Of a stretch of 64,000 nt of DNA, positions 30,034 to 39,683 are shown one piece after another (the first letter of the stretch is position 1; each line of letters starts with the position of its first letter). The translations under genes and the position numbers were made by a program. The stretch is from an uncultured bacterium (GTDB lineage Bacteria > Sysuimicrobiota > Sysuimicrobiia > Sysuimicrobiales > Sysuimicrobiaceae). The stretch spans positions 14,627 to 78,626 of the forward strand of contig CAYTFH010000002.1 in assembly GCA_964437095.1 (NCBI GenBank), written 5' to 3'. The notes below the pieces were generated by a model. It had not been told where the DNA came from and did not search any database. It saw nothing but the letters and a program-made list of their open reading frames with translations.

Positions 30034-31140
30034 ATGGCGCGGGTGTACCTGGAGAACGTGACCAAGCGGTTCGGGAACGTGGTGGCGGTGAACCGGGTGA
30101 CCCTGGAGATCCCGGACCGGCAGTTCACGGTCCTGGTGGGCCCCTCCGGGTGCGGCAAGACCACCTGCCTGCGCCTCATCGCGGGGTTGGAGGAGGTGAC
30201 GGAGGGGAACGTCTACATCGGCGACCGCCTGGTGAACGACGTGCCCCCCAAGGACCGGGACATCGCCATGGTGTTCCAGAACTACGCCCTGTACCCCCAC
30301 ATGACGGTGTACGAGAACATGGCCTTCGGCCTGCGGCTGCGGAAGTACCCCAAGTCGGAGATCGACCGCCGGGTGCGGGAGGCCGCGGCCATGCTGGGCA
30401 TCGAGAACCTCCTGGACCGCAAGCCCCGGCAGCTGTCGGGGGGCCAGCGGCAGCGGGTGGCGGTGGGGCGGGCCATCGTGCGGGAGCCCCAGGTGTTCCT
30501 CATGGACGAGCCCCTCAGCAACCTGGACGCGGCCCTACGGGTGCAGACCCGGGCGGAGCTGAAGAAGCTGCACGCCCGCCTGCAGACCACCACCGTGTAC
30601 GTCACCCACGACCAGGTGGAGGCCATGACCATGGGGGACCGCATCGTGGTCATGCGGGACGGGGTGGTGCAGCAGGTGGACACGCCCATGAACCTGTACG
30701 AGAAGCCCGCCAACCTGTTCGTGGCGGGCTTCATCGGCAGTCCCTCCATGAACTTCGTGCCGGGAGAGGTCCGGCAGAAGGACGGGGCCCTGGTGTTCGA
30801 CGCGGGGACGTGGCACGTGCCCATCCCGCCCGACCTGCACGAGTACGTGCGGCCGTGGGAGGGACGGCGGGTCATCTTCGGGATCCGGCCCGAGCACATG
30901 GAGGACGTGGCCCTACGCAACGGCCAGCTTCCGCCCTCCTTCGTCACCCTGCGGGCCAAGGTGGAGGTGCACGAGCCGTTGGGGTCGGACGTGATCCTCT
31001 ACCTGGACGCGGGCGGGCACTCCCTGGTGGCCCGGGTGGACGCCCACAGCCGGGCCAAGATGGGCGACGAGGTCACCGTGGCCATGGACCTGCGCAAGAT
31101 GCACCTGTTCAACGCCCAGACCCACGAGGCCATCGTCTGA
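30034..31140 (+). CDS. sugar ABC transporter ATP-binding protein (MalK/MsmX/UgpC type), orphan
   Basis: GPSGCGKTT, LSGGQRQRVA and LMDEPLSNLD motifs plus a TOBE C-terminal domain. There are no adjacent permease or SBP genes. Confidence 0.9.
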   Translation: MARVYLENVTKRFGNVVAVNRVTLEIPDRQFTVLVGPSGCGKTTCLRLIAGLEEVTEGNVYIGDRLVNDVPPKDRDIAMVFQNYALYPHMTVYENMAFGLRLRKYPKSEIDRRVREAAAMLGIENLLDRKPRQLSGGQRQRVAVGRAIVREPQVFLMDEPLSNLDAALRVQTRAELKKLHARLQTTTVYVTHDQVEAMTMGDRIVVMRDGVVQQVDTPMNLYEKPANLFVAGFIGSPSMNFVPGEVRQKDGALVFDAGTWHVPIPPDLHEYVRPWEGRRVIFGIRPEHMEDVALRNGQLPPSFVTLRAKVEVHEPLGSDVILYLDAGGHSLVARVDAHSRAKMGDEVTVAMDLRKMHLFNAQTHEAIV

Positions 31141-31188
31141 GCGCGGGCTCCCACGGACCCGCAACCTCCCGCGAGGGAGCGGCGGCGC

Positions 31189-32058
31189 CTACGAGGACGG
31201 CCCCTTGTCCTCCACGGCCCTCTGGGCCAGGTCGCCCAGGGGGGCCAGCAGGCGCGTGAACTCCATGGGGAACACGAACTTGGTGGCGGGGCTCTCGCCC
31301 AGGGCCTTGAGGGCCTCCAGGTACTGCAGGGTCATGGTCTTGCTGTCCACGTTGCGGGCCACGCTGAAGATCTTGTCCAGGGCCAGGGCGAACCCCTCCG
31401 CCCGCAGGATGGCCGCCTGACGGTCGCCCTCCGCCTTCAGGATGGCCGCCTGCTTCTCGCCCTCCGCCACCTTGATGGCCGCCTCGCGTTTCCCGTCCGC
31501 CTCCGTGACCACCGCCCGGCGGTTGCGCTCCGCGGACATCTGCCGCGTCATGGCTTCCTGGACCTCCCGCGGCGGAAGGATCTCCCGGATCTCCACCGCG
31601 GTGACCTTCACGCCCCACCGCTCCGTGACCTCGTCCAACTTCGCCCGGAGCACCTGGTTGATCTGCTCCCGGCGGGCCAGCACGTCGTCCAGGACGATGT
31701 CCCCGATCACCGCCCGCAGGGTGGTGGTAGCGATCCCCCGGGCCGCACCCGCGAAGTCCGCCACCTGGATCACGGAAGCCTCCGGCTCCACCACCTTCCA
31801 GTAGATGAGGAAGTCGATGTTGATGGGCGCGTTGTCCTTGGTGATGCAGGTCTGGGAAGGGATCTCCAGGAAGGCCTCCCGCAGGTCCACCCACACCGCC
31901 CGGTCCACGAAGGGGATGAGGAACACGATCCCGGGACCCCGCTGGCCGATGGAGCGGCCGAACCGGAACACCACCAGCCGCTGGTACTCGCGGACGATCT
32001 TGACCGCGGAGAGCAGCAGCCAAAGGCCGACGACTGCCGCGGCCAGCACGTAGGTCAT
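31189..32058 (-). CDS. SPFH/band-7 (stomatin-like) membrane protein
   Basis: N-terminal TM then VVFRFGRSIGQRGPGIVFLIPFVDR...ITKDNAPINIDFLIYWKV SPFH domain. Confidence 0.85.
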   Translation of the reverse strand: MTYVLAAAVVGLWLLLSAVKIVREYQRLVVFRFGRSIGQRGPGIVFLIPFVDRAVWVDLREAFLEIPSQTCITKDNAPINIDFLIYWKVVEPEASVIQVADFAGAARGIATTTLRAVIGDIVLDDVLARREQINQVLRAKLDEVTERWGVKVTAVEIREILPPREVQEAMTRQMSAERNRRAVVTEADGKREAAIKVAEGEKQAAILKAEGDRQAAILRAEGFALALDKIFSVARNVDSKTMTLQYLEALKALGESPATKFVFPMEFTRLLAPLGDLAQRAVEDKGPSS

Positions 32059-32147
32059 CCCTTCACCTCCCGGGCACGCCCGTGGGTCCATAACGTATCT
32101 TTGACCCGGGAGGTCGGGTTCCTGCTGGAGCCCTCAGGAGGTGGCGC

Positions 32148-33110
32148 GTGTCCCACGGTGCCGTGGCGGTGGACCTGGGAGGGAGCTGGATCCGGGCGGG
32201 CGTGGTGGGCCCGGACGGCGCGGTGCGGGAGGTGCTGCGCGTCCCCACCCCGCAGGCCGGGCCCGATGCGGTGGCGGAGGCCATCGCCCACCTGGTGCGG
32301 CAACTGGGCCCGGTGCCGCCGGGAAGGGTGGGGGTGGCAGTACCGGGGCCGCTCAGCGTGCGGGAGGGGGTGGTGTTCGAACCGCCCAACCTGCGGGGCT
32401 GGAGGGACGTACCCCTGCAGCGGATGCTGGAGGAGCGCTTGCGCCGGCCCGTGGTCCTGGAGAACGACGCCAACGCCGCGGCGTCGGGGGAGTGGTGGAA
32501 GGGTGCGGGTGCCGGGAGCCGCCACCTGGTCTACCTCACCGTGAGCACGGGGGTGGGAGGAGGCCTGGTGCTGGATGGGAAGCTGTACCGCGGGGCGAGC
32601 GACACCGCGGGGGAGATCGGCCACGTGGTGGTGGAGCCCGACGGCCCGTTGTGCTCATGCGGCCGGCCCGGGCACCTGGAGGCGGTGGCCTCCGGCCCCG
32701 CCATCGCCCGGTGGACGCTGGAACGCCTGCGGGAGGGCCGGGCTTCGGTGCTGGCGGGCAAGGAAGCGCTGTCCAGCCGGGACGTGGCGGAAGCCGCGGA
32801 GCGCGGCGACGGGCTGGCGCAGGAGGCTTTCCAGCGGGCGGGCCGGTACCTGGGCCTAGCCGTGGCAGGGCTACTGAACCTGCTGAACCCGGAGGTGGTG
32901 GTCATCGGCGGAGGGGTGGCCCGGGCGGGGCGGTGGCTGTTCGACCCGCTGCTGCAGGCGGCGCGGGAAGCCAGCTTCGACCGTCCGTGGAAGGCCGCCC
33001 GCATCGTGCCCGCGGCCCTGGGGGACCACGCGGGGCTGGTGGGGGCGGCGTACGTGGCCATGGAGCAGGAAGGAGGGATGCGCGGTGGACCGGGTCACGC
33101 TGAACACTGA
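32148..33110 (+). CDS. ROK family glucokinase
   Basis: AVDLGGSWIRAGVV, ENDANAAASGE and a CSCGRPGHLE zinc motif. GTG is 6 nt after AGGAGG. Confidence 0.85.
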   Translation: MSHGAVAVDLGGSWIRAGVVGPDGAVREVLRVPTPQAGPDAVAEAIAHLVRQLGPVPPGRVGVAVPGPLSVREGVVFEPPNLRGWRDVPLQRMLEERLRRPVVLENDANAAASGEWWKGAGAGSRHLVYLTVSTGVGGGLVLDGKLYRGASDTAGEIGHVVVEPDGPLCSCGRPGHLEAVASGPAIARWTLERLREGRASVLAGKEALSSRDVAEAAERGDGLAQEAFQRAGRYLGLAVAGLLNLLNPEVVVIGGGVARAGRWLFDPLLQAAREASFDRPWKAARIVPAALGDHAGLVGAAYVAMEQEGGMRGGPGHAEH

Positions 33111-33684
33111 AGGCGGCGTGCTGGAGCTGGTGCGCGCCGACATCACCCAGCAAGCCACCGACGCGGTGGTGAACGCCGCCAACCCCACCCTCATGGGCGG
33201 CGGAGGGGTGGACGGAGCCATCCACCGGGCTGGTGGTCCGGCCATTCTCGAGGAGTGCAAGCGCATCGTGCAGACCCTGCCGGGCCGGCGGCTGCCCCCC
33301 GGTGAAGCGGTGATCACCACCGGGGGAAACCTGCCCGCGCGCTACGTGATCCACACCGTGGGACCGGTGTGGCGGGGAGGCGGGGAGGGGGAGGACGAGG
33401 TTTTGGCTCGGGCGTACCGGTCCAGCCTGAAGCTCGCCCGGGAGCGGGGGTTGCGGTCCGTGGCCTTCCCGTCCATCAGCACGGGTGCGTACGGGTTCCC
33501 CGTGCCGCGCGCGGCCCGGGTGGCCCTTGGGGCGATCCTGGAGTTCTTGCGCGCGAACCCCGGGGCGTTCGACGTGGTACGGATGGTGCTCTGGAGTGAG
33601 GACGACTTCCGCGCCTACCGCCAGGCCCTGGAGGAGCTGCGGGCTACAGGAGGAGGCGGACGGGGTTCTCCAGCAAGCGCTTGA
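33085..33684 (+). CDS. macro domain protein (YmdB-like O-acetyl-ADP-ribose deacetylase)
   Basis: ADITQQATDAVVNAANPTLMGGGGVDGAIHRAGGP...VIHTVGPVW matches the YmdB/Af1521 macro family. It overlaps the glucokinase 3' end by 26 nt and E2 convergently. Confidence 0.8.
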   Translation: MDRVTLNTEGGVLELVRADITQQATDAVVNAANPTLMGGGGVDGAIHRAGGPAILEECKRIVQTLPGRRLPPGEAVITTGGNLPARYVIHTVGPVWRGGGEGEDEVLARAYRSSLKLARERGLRSVAFPSISTGAYGFPVPRAARVALGAILEFLRANPGAFDVVRMVLWSEDDFRAYRQALEELRATGGGGRGSPASA

Positions 33685-34834
33685 CCTCCACCAGGAACTG
33701 GGCCGCGCCCACGCCATCCGTAACCCGGTGGTCCGCGGACACCGTGAGCTGCAGCACCGGGCGCACCACCACCTGGCCGGACCGGACCACGGGCCGGTCC
33801 TGGGCCCGGCCCACGGCCAGGATGCCCGCCTGAGGGGGGTTGATGATGGCCACGAAGTTCACCACGTCGTACATGCCGAGGTTGCTCACGGAGAAGGTGG
33901 CGCCGGTGTACTCCTCCTGGCGCAGGCGCTTGGCGTGGGTCCCTTCGATCAACCGCCGCGCCTCCCGGGCCAGCTGCAGCAGGGGCAGACGGTCCGCGTC
34001 CCGCAGCACCGGCGCGATGAGCCCGTCGGGGGTGGCCACCATGATCCCCAAGTGGACCCGCCGGAACCGGCGCAGGGTTCCGTCGTCCAGCACGTGGGCG
34101 TTGAGGTCGGGGTGGTTGCGCAACGCCAGGGCGGTGGCCTTCAGCACCAGGTCGTTGACCGTCACCCGGCCTTCCTCTCCCAGAGCCTCCTGCAGCTGCT
34201 CCCGCAGCTCCAGCGCCCGAAAGAGGTCCACCTCCGCGGTGACGTAGAAGTGGGGCACGTGCTGCTTGCTGTGGGTCACCACCCGGGCGATGGCCTGGCG
34301 CATCCGGCTCGGGGGCACGTCCTCGTACTCTGCCTCCGCCTCCGCCCGAAGGGGCGCCGCCCGGCGCTCCAGGTAGGCCAGCACGTCCCGCTCCACGATG
34401 CGGCCTCCCGGGCCCGTGCCCCGGACCTGGGACAGGTCCACGCCGTGCTCGGAGGCGATGCGCCGCGCCAGCGGGGAAGCCTTGACCCGCGCGGGAGGCG
34501 CTTCCGGAGGCGGAGCCGGCGGCGACGGCTGCGCTGCGGGGGCGGCGGGCGCGGTGGGGGGTGCGGCCTCCGGGGCGGGAGCGGGAGCTTCCGCGGGCTG
34601 CCCGTCGATGTACGCGATCACCTGCCCCACGGGCACCACCTGGCCTTCTGGAACCGCGATGTGCAGGACCCCGGAGGCTTCCGCCTCCAGCTCCACGTTC
34701 ACCTTGTCCGTCTCGATCTCCACCAGCACCTCGCCCTTTTCCACGCGGTCGCCGTGGCGCTTGCGCCACGAGAGGACCTTGCCCTGCGTCATGGCGTCGC
34801 CCATCTTGGGCATGATGACCTCGGCCATGCCCAC
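33644..34834 (-). CDS. 2-oxoacid dehydrogenase E2 (dihydrolipoamide acetyltransferase)
   Basis: Lipoyl domain (EIETDKVNVELEAEASGVL), Pro/Ala linker, E3-binding domain, and catalytic domain with DHRVTDG. Confidence 0.9.
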   Translation of the reverse strand: MGMAEVIMPKMGDAMTQGKVLSWRKRHGDRVEKGEVLVEIETDKVNVELEAEASGVLHIAVPEGQVVPVGQVIAYIDGQPAEAPAPAPEAAPPTAPAAPAAQPSPPAPPPEAPPARVKASPLARRIASEHGVDLSQVRGTGPGGRIVERDVLAYLERRAAPLRAEAEAEYEDVPPSRMRQAIARVVTHSKQHVPHFYVTAEVDLFRALELREQLQEALGEEGRVTVNDLVLKATALALRNHPDLNAHVLDDGTLRRFRRVHLGIMVATPDGLIAPVLRDADRLPLLQLAREARRLIEGTHAKRLRQEEYTGATFSVSNLGMYDVVNFVAIINPPQAGILAVGRAQDRPVVRSGQVVVRPVLQLTVSADHRVTDGVGAAQFLVEVKRLLENPVRLLL

Positions 34835-34844
34835 CTCCCGTGCG

Positions 34845-35819
34845 CTACCGCAGCACCCGGCGGATGGCGCGCTGGATGCGCTCCTCGTCCGGGAAAGCCA
34901 GCTTCTCCAGGTTGCGGGCGTACGGCGCGGGCACGTCCTCCCCCGTGACCCGCTCCACGGGAGCGTCCAGGTCGTCGAAGCACCGCTCGTAGATCCCCGC
35001 GGCCACCTCCGCCGCGGCCCCGAACAACGGCCACTGCTCCTGCACCACCACCGCCCGGTGGGTCCGGCGCACCGACTCCGCCACCGTGTCCATGTCCAGG
35101 GGCCGGAGGCTGCGGAGGTCGATCACCTCGCACTCCACGCCCTCCCGGGCCAGGTCCTCCGCCACCGCCAGAGCCAGGTGCAGCATGCGGCTGTACGCCA
35201 CCACCGTCACGTCCCGGCCCCGCCGCACCACCGCGGCCCTGCCGAAGGGGACGGCGGACTCACCCTCCGGCACCGGCCCTTTGATCCCGTACAGGGCCGC
35301 GTGCTCCAGGAAGATCACCGGGTCGTCCGCCCGCATGGCGGTGCGCAGCAACCCCTTGGCGTCCGCGGGCGTGGCCGGGGCCACCACCCGCAGGCCGGGG
35401 AAGTGGCCGTAGAAGGACTCCAGGGATTGCGAGTGCTGCGCGGAGAGCTGAACCCCGGCGCCGTTGGGCCCGCGGATGACCAGGGGGACGGACACCTGGC
35501 CGCCGGAGAAGTAGCGCACCTTGGCGGCGTTCTGCAGAATCTGGTCCGCGGCGGGTAGGGAGAAGTTCCAGGTCATGACCTCCACCACGGGCCGTAGCCC
35601 CAGCATGGCCATGCCGATGGCCGCGCCGATGAACCCCAGCTCGGAGATGGGGGTGTCTACCACCCGCTTGGGGCCGTACCGCTCCAGGAGGCCCTCCGTG
35701 ACGCGGAAGGTGCCCTGGTAGACCCCGATGTCCTCTCCCAGGAGCAACACCCGGGGGTCGCGGTCCATCTCCTCCACCAGGGTGGACCGCAGGGCTTCGC
35801 GGTAGGTCATCTCCGGCAC
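34845..35819 (-). CDS. pyruvate/2-oxoacid dehydrogenase E1 component beta subunit
   Basis: Transketolase-like pyrimidine-binding and C-terminal domains; 324 aa. Confidence 0.9.
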   Translation of the reverse strand: MPEMTYREALRSTLVEEMDRDPRVLLLGEDIGVYQGTFRVTEGLLERYGPKRVVDTPISELGFIGAAIGMAMLGLRPVVEVMTWNFSLPAADQILQNAAKVRYFSGGQVSVPLVIRGPNGAGVQLSAQHSQSLESFYGHFPGLRVVAPATPADAKGLLRTAMRADDPVIFLEHAALYGIKGPVPEGESAVPFGRAAVVRRGRDVTVVAYSRMLHLALAVAEDLAREGVECEVIDLRSLRPLDMDTVAESVRRTHRAVVVQEQWPLFGAAAEVAAGIYERCFDDLDAPVERVTGEDVPAPYARNLEKLAFPDEERIQRAIRRVLR

Positions 35820-35823
35820 GGCC

Positions 35824-36819
35824 TCACCCTCCGTACACGTCCCGGTACAGCTCCTCGGGTGGCGGTTCCGGGCTGGACTCCGCGAAGGCCACCGCCTCCT
35901 GCACGCGCCCCTGCGCCCAGACCTCCACCTCCGCCACCCGGGCGTCGTCCAGGACTCCGGCAGCCCTGAGCCGCCGCTCCAGCAGGAGGATGGGGTCCCG
36001 CTGCCGCCACCGTTCCACCTCCTGCCGGTCCCGGTAGGGCTGGAACAGGTCCGCGGCCCCGTGCCCGGAGAAGCGGTAGCTGAGGGTTTCCACCGCGTAC
36101 GGGCGGCCCGTGCGCCGGACCTGCTCCACCACCCGCCGCGCTACCTCGTACACCTCCACCACGTCCATGCCGTCGCACCGCTCGTGGGGGATGTCGTACG
36201 CGTCGAACCGTCGGTGCAGCTCCGGTACCGCGGAGGCCCGTTCCACGGAGGTCCCCATGCCGTACTGGTTGTTCTCCACCACGAACACCACCGGACACAT
36301 GCCCTCCCGGCCCCACAGGCCTGCCAGGTTGGCCGCCTCGTGAAGGGCTCCGCTGTTCATGGCGCCGTCGCCGAAGAAACACAGGCACACCCGGTCCGTG
36401 CCCTGGTACCGGAGGGCGTACGCCGCGCCCACCGCCAGCGGCATGTGGCCGCCCACGATCCCGTAGCCCCCGTAGTTGCCCCGGGCGGTGTCGAACAGGT
36501 GCATGGACCCCCCCTTGCCCTTGCACGTGCCCGTGACCTTGCCGTACAGCTCCGCCATCACCGCGCCCGGGTCGGTGCCCCGGACCAGGGTGTGCACGTG
36601 GTCCCGGTAGGACACGAAGAACACGTCGTCCGGTCGGGCGGCGGACAGAAAGCCCAACGGGACCGCCTCCTGCCCGATGGCCACGTGCAGGTAGCCGCCG
36701 ATCTTCCCCCGCCGGAAGCTGCGTTCCGTCTGCTCCTCGAACCGCCGGCAGAACAGCAGCGTCCGGTACCACTCCAGCAGGGTGTCCACCGGCACCGCCA
36801 CCGGCCGCGCGTGCTGCAT
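35824..36819 (-). CDS. pyruvate/2-oxoacid dehydrogenase E1 component alpha subunit
   Basis: ThDP-binding GDGAMNSG...ENNQYG motif. ATG is 4 nt after GAGGAGGA; the alternative GTG at 36840 would overlap accC. Confidence 0.85.
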   Translation of the reverse strand: MQHARPVAVPVDTLLEWYRTLLFCRRFEEQTERSFRRGKIGGYLHVAIGQEAVPLGFLSAARPDDVFFVSYRDHVHTLVRGTDPGAVMAELYGKVTGTCKGKGGSMHLFDTARGNYGGYGIVGGHMPLAVGAAYALRYQGTDRVCLCFFGDGAMNSGALHEAANLAGLWGREGMCPVVFVVENNQYGMGTSVERASAVPELHRRFDAYDIPHERCDGMDVVEVYEVARRVVEQVRRTGRPYAVETLSYRFSGHGAADLFQPYRDRQEVERWRQRDPILLLERRLRAAGVLDDARVAEVEVWAQGRVQEAVAFAESSPEPPPEELYRDVYGG

Positions 36820-36836
36820 GGGTCCTCCTCGTTCCG

Positions 36837-38201
36837 TCACGACCCGCGGCCCAGGGCGCTCAGGTCCACGCGCCGCTGGACGAAGTTGGTGTACACCTCC
36901 CCGCGCCGGAAGAAGGCGTTGTCCAGGATGGCGCGGTGCAGGGGCAGGGTGGTGCGCACACCCGTGATCTCGAACTCCCTCAGGGCCCGCTCCATCCTGG
37001 CGATGGCCTCCTGCCGGTCCCGCCCCCAGGCCACCACCTTTGCCACCAGTGAATCATAGTACGGCGGGATGGTGTAGCCCGCGTACACGTGGGTGTCCAC
37101 CCGGATCCCGGGCCCGCCCGGAGGGATGAAGGACACCACCCGGCCCGGGGAGGGACGGAAGTCGTGGGCGGGGTCCTCCGCGTTGATCCGGCACTCCAGG
37201 GCGTGCCCGCGGAACGCCACGTCCTTTTGCGAGAAGCGCAGCCGCTCGCCCGCGGCGATGCGGATCTGCTCGGCCACCACGTCCAGGCCCGTGATGGCCT
37301 CCGTCACGGGGTGTTCCACCTGGATGCGGGTGTTCATCTCGAGGAAGTAGAAGTTCTCCTGGCGGTCCACCAGGAACTCCACGGTGCCCGCGTTCACGTA
37401 CCCGATGGCCTGCACCAGGCGCAGTGCTGCCCGGTGCAGCTGGGCCCGCAGGCGGCCGGACAGGCCCGGGGCAGGGGCTTCCTCCAGCAGCTTCTGGTGG
37501 CGCCGCTGGATGGAGCAGTCCCGCTCGCCTAAGTGCACGGCGTTGCCGCGGCTGTCCGCCAGGACCTGGACTTCCACGTGGCGGGGTTCTTCCAGGTACT
37601 TCTCCAGGTACACCTCGCCGCTCCCGAAGGCAGCCTCCGCCTCCCGCGATGCGGTCTGCAGGGCGCGGCTCAGGTCCTCCCGGTTGTGCACCACCCGCAT
37701 CCCCCGGCCCCCGCCGCCCGCGGAGGCCTTCACCAGTAAGGGGTAGCCGAGCCGGTCGGCCAGACGCAGGGCCTCCCGCTCGTCCCGCACGGGCCCTGGG
37801 CTGCCAGGCACCACGGGCACGCCGGCCCGTTGGGCGATCTCCCGTGCCCGGGCCTTGTTGCCCATGGCTTCGATGGCCTCCGGGGGCGGCCCGATGAAGG
37901 TGATCTTGGCGTCGCGGCAGATCTCCGCGAACCGGGGGTCCTCCGCCAGGAAGCCGTAGCCGGGGTGGATGGCGTCCACGCCCAGCAGCTCCACGGTGCT
38001 CAGGATGTTGGGGATGTTCAGGTAGCTGTCCGCGGCGGGGGGCGGGCCGATGCAGAAGGCCTCGTCGGCCAGCCGCACGTGCAGGCTGTCCCGGTCCGCC
38101 TCGGAATACACCGCCACGGTGCGGATGCCCAGCTCCCGGCAGGTGCGGATGACCCGCACCGCGATCTCGCCCCGGTTGGCCACGAGAACCTTCCTGAACA
38201 T
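36837..38201 (-). CDS. accC: acetyl-CoA carboxylase biotin carboxylase subunit
   Basis: MFRKVLVANRGEIAVRVIR with ATP-grasp and biotin carboxylase C-terminal domains. Confidence 0.95.
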   Translation of the reverse strand: MFRKVLVANRGEIAVRVIRTCRELGIRTVAVYSEADRDSLHVRLADEAFCIGPPPAADSYLNIPNILSTVELLGVDAIHPGYGFLAEDPRFAEICRDAKITFIGPPPEAIEAMGNKARAREIAQRAGVPVVPGSPGPVRDEREALRLADRLGYPLLVKASAGGGGRGMRVVHNREDLSRALQTASREAEAAFGSGEVYLEKYLEEPRHVEVQVLADSRGNAVHLGERDCSIQRRHQKLLEEAPAPGLSGRLRAQLHRAALRLVQAIGYVNAGTVEFLVDRQENFYFLEMNTRIQVEHPVTEAITGLDVVAEQIRIAAGERLRFSQKDVAFRGHALECRINAEDPAHDFRPSPGRVVSFIPPGGPGIRVDTHVYAGYTIPPYYDSLVAKVVAWGRDRQEAIARMERALREFEITGVRTTLPLHRAILDNAFFRRGEVYTNFVQRRVDLSALGRGS

Positions 38202-38211
38202 TTCCGAAGGG

Positions 38212-38676
38212 CTACCCGTGGGGGTCGATGAGGAACAGGGGCTGCCCGTACTCCACCGGGGCGCCGTTCTCCGCCAGCACCCGCACCACCCGCCCGGAGA
38301 CCTCGGCCTGGATCTCGTTGAACATCTTCATGGCCTCGATGATGCACAGGGTCTGCCCTGCCTCCACCCGGTCGCCCTCCTGCACGAAGGGTGGCTGGTC
38401 GGGGCCCGGGGCCCGGTAGAAGGTCCCCACCATGGGCGCGGTCACGGGGACCCAGTGGGGGCTGGGCGCGTCGGCCGCCGGCGCCGCGGGGGCGGCGGCG
38501 GGCGCGGGGGCAGGCGCGGGCGCCGTGAGAGCAGGGGGCGGGGCGCTGCGGGGCGCCTTGCGGATGGCTACCCGCAGGTGGCCCGCCTCCACCTCCAGTT
38601 CCGTGATGTCCGCCTCGCTGGCGATGCGCACCAGCTCGCGGATCTCGTCGAAGTTCAGGTGCTGCTCGCCGGACAT
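38212..38676 (-). CDS. accB: acetyl-CoA carboxylase biotin carboxyl carrier protein
   Basis: Ala/Pro linker and the EAMKMFNEI biotinylation motif. Confidence 0.9.
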   Translation of the reverse strand: MSGEQHLNFDEIRELVRIASEADITELEVEAGHLRVAIRKAPRSAPPPALTAPAPAPAPAAAPAAPAADAPSPHWVPVTAPMVGTFYRAPGPDQPPFVQEGDRVEAGQTLCIIEAMKMFNEIQAEVSGRVVRVLAENGAPVEYGQPLFLIDPHG

Positions 38677-38696
38677 GCCACCTCCTCGGCCGGGGG

Positions 38697-39683
38697 CTAT
38701 GCGGGCGCTGCGGGGCCTGGTTCCACCCCGAACCGGCCCATGCGCCGGTACTTATCGTACCGGCGGCGCCGCCGCTCCTCGGGAGGAAGATCCCGCACCT
38801 CCCGCAGGTGGCGGCTCAGGGCCTCGTGCAGGGCCGCCGCCGCCCGGTCGGGGTCCAAGTGCGCGCCGCCCAGGGGCTCGGGCACCACCTCGTCCACCAC
38901 GCCCAGCTCCAGCAGGTCCCGAGCGGTGAGCTTGAGGGCCGAGGCGGCCTCCTCCTTCCGGTCGGAATCCCGCCACAGGATGGCGGCACACCCCTCCGGC
39001 GGAATGACAGAGTAGATGGCGTACTGCATCATGAGCACCCGGTCCCCCACGGCCACGGCCAGGGCCCCGCCGCTGCCGCCTTCGCCCGTGATGGCCACCA
39101 CCACGGGGCACCGCAGCTCCAGCATGGTGAGGATGCTGCGGGCGATGGCCTCCGCCTGCCCGCGCTGTTCCGCCTCCACGCCCGGGTACGCCGCGGGGGT
39201 GTCCACCAGGGAGATCACGGGCAGCCCGAGTTTGTCCGCCAGGCGCATGATCCGCATGGCCTTGCGGTACCCCTCAGGGTTGGGCATGCCCCACCGGCGG
39301 TGCACGTTCTCCCGGGTGTCCTTACCCTTGTGGTGGCCCACCACCGCCACCGGCTGCCCGTCCAGGCGGGCGAGGCCGCAGAACATGGCGGGGTCGTCGC
39401 CGAACAGGCGGTCCCCGTGCAGCTCCACCACGTCCGTGAACACCTTCTCCAGGTAGTCGCCCAGCTTCGGCCGCTGCGGGTGGCGGGCGGCCTGCACCAC
39501 CTGCCAGGCCGTGGGCTCGTGCCACAGGCCCGCCCGCACGGCCTCGATCCGGGCCCGCAGGGCCTGCACCCGCGACGACAGGTCGGGCACCTGCTCGGCC
39601 GGGGTGGCCTGCAGCTGTGCCAGCTGCTCTTCGAGCTCCTGCAGCTCCCGCTCCTGTTGGGCGCGGTCAGGAGGGCTGGTCAA
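38697..39683 (-). CDS. accA: acetyl-CoA carboxylase carboxyltransferase alpha subunit
   Basis: Carboxyltransferase alpha family (GEGGSGGALA). Confidence 0.9.
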   Translation of the reverse strand: MTSPPDRAQQERELQELEEQLAQLQATPAEQVPDLSSRVQALRARIEAVRAGLWHEPTAWQVVQAARHPQRPKLGDYLEKVFTDVVELHGDRLFGDDPAMFCGLARLDGQPVAVVGHHKGKDTRENVHRRWGMPNPEGYRKAMRIMRLADKLGLPVISLVDTPAAYPGVEAEQRGQAEAIARSILTMLELRCPVVVAITGEGGSGGALAVAVGDRVLMMQYAIYSVIPPEGCAAILWRDSDRKEEAASALKLTARDLLELGVVDEVVPEPLGGAHLDPDRAAAALHEALSRHLREVRDLPPEERRRRRYDKYRRMGRFGVEPGPAAPA

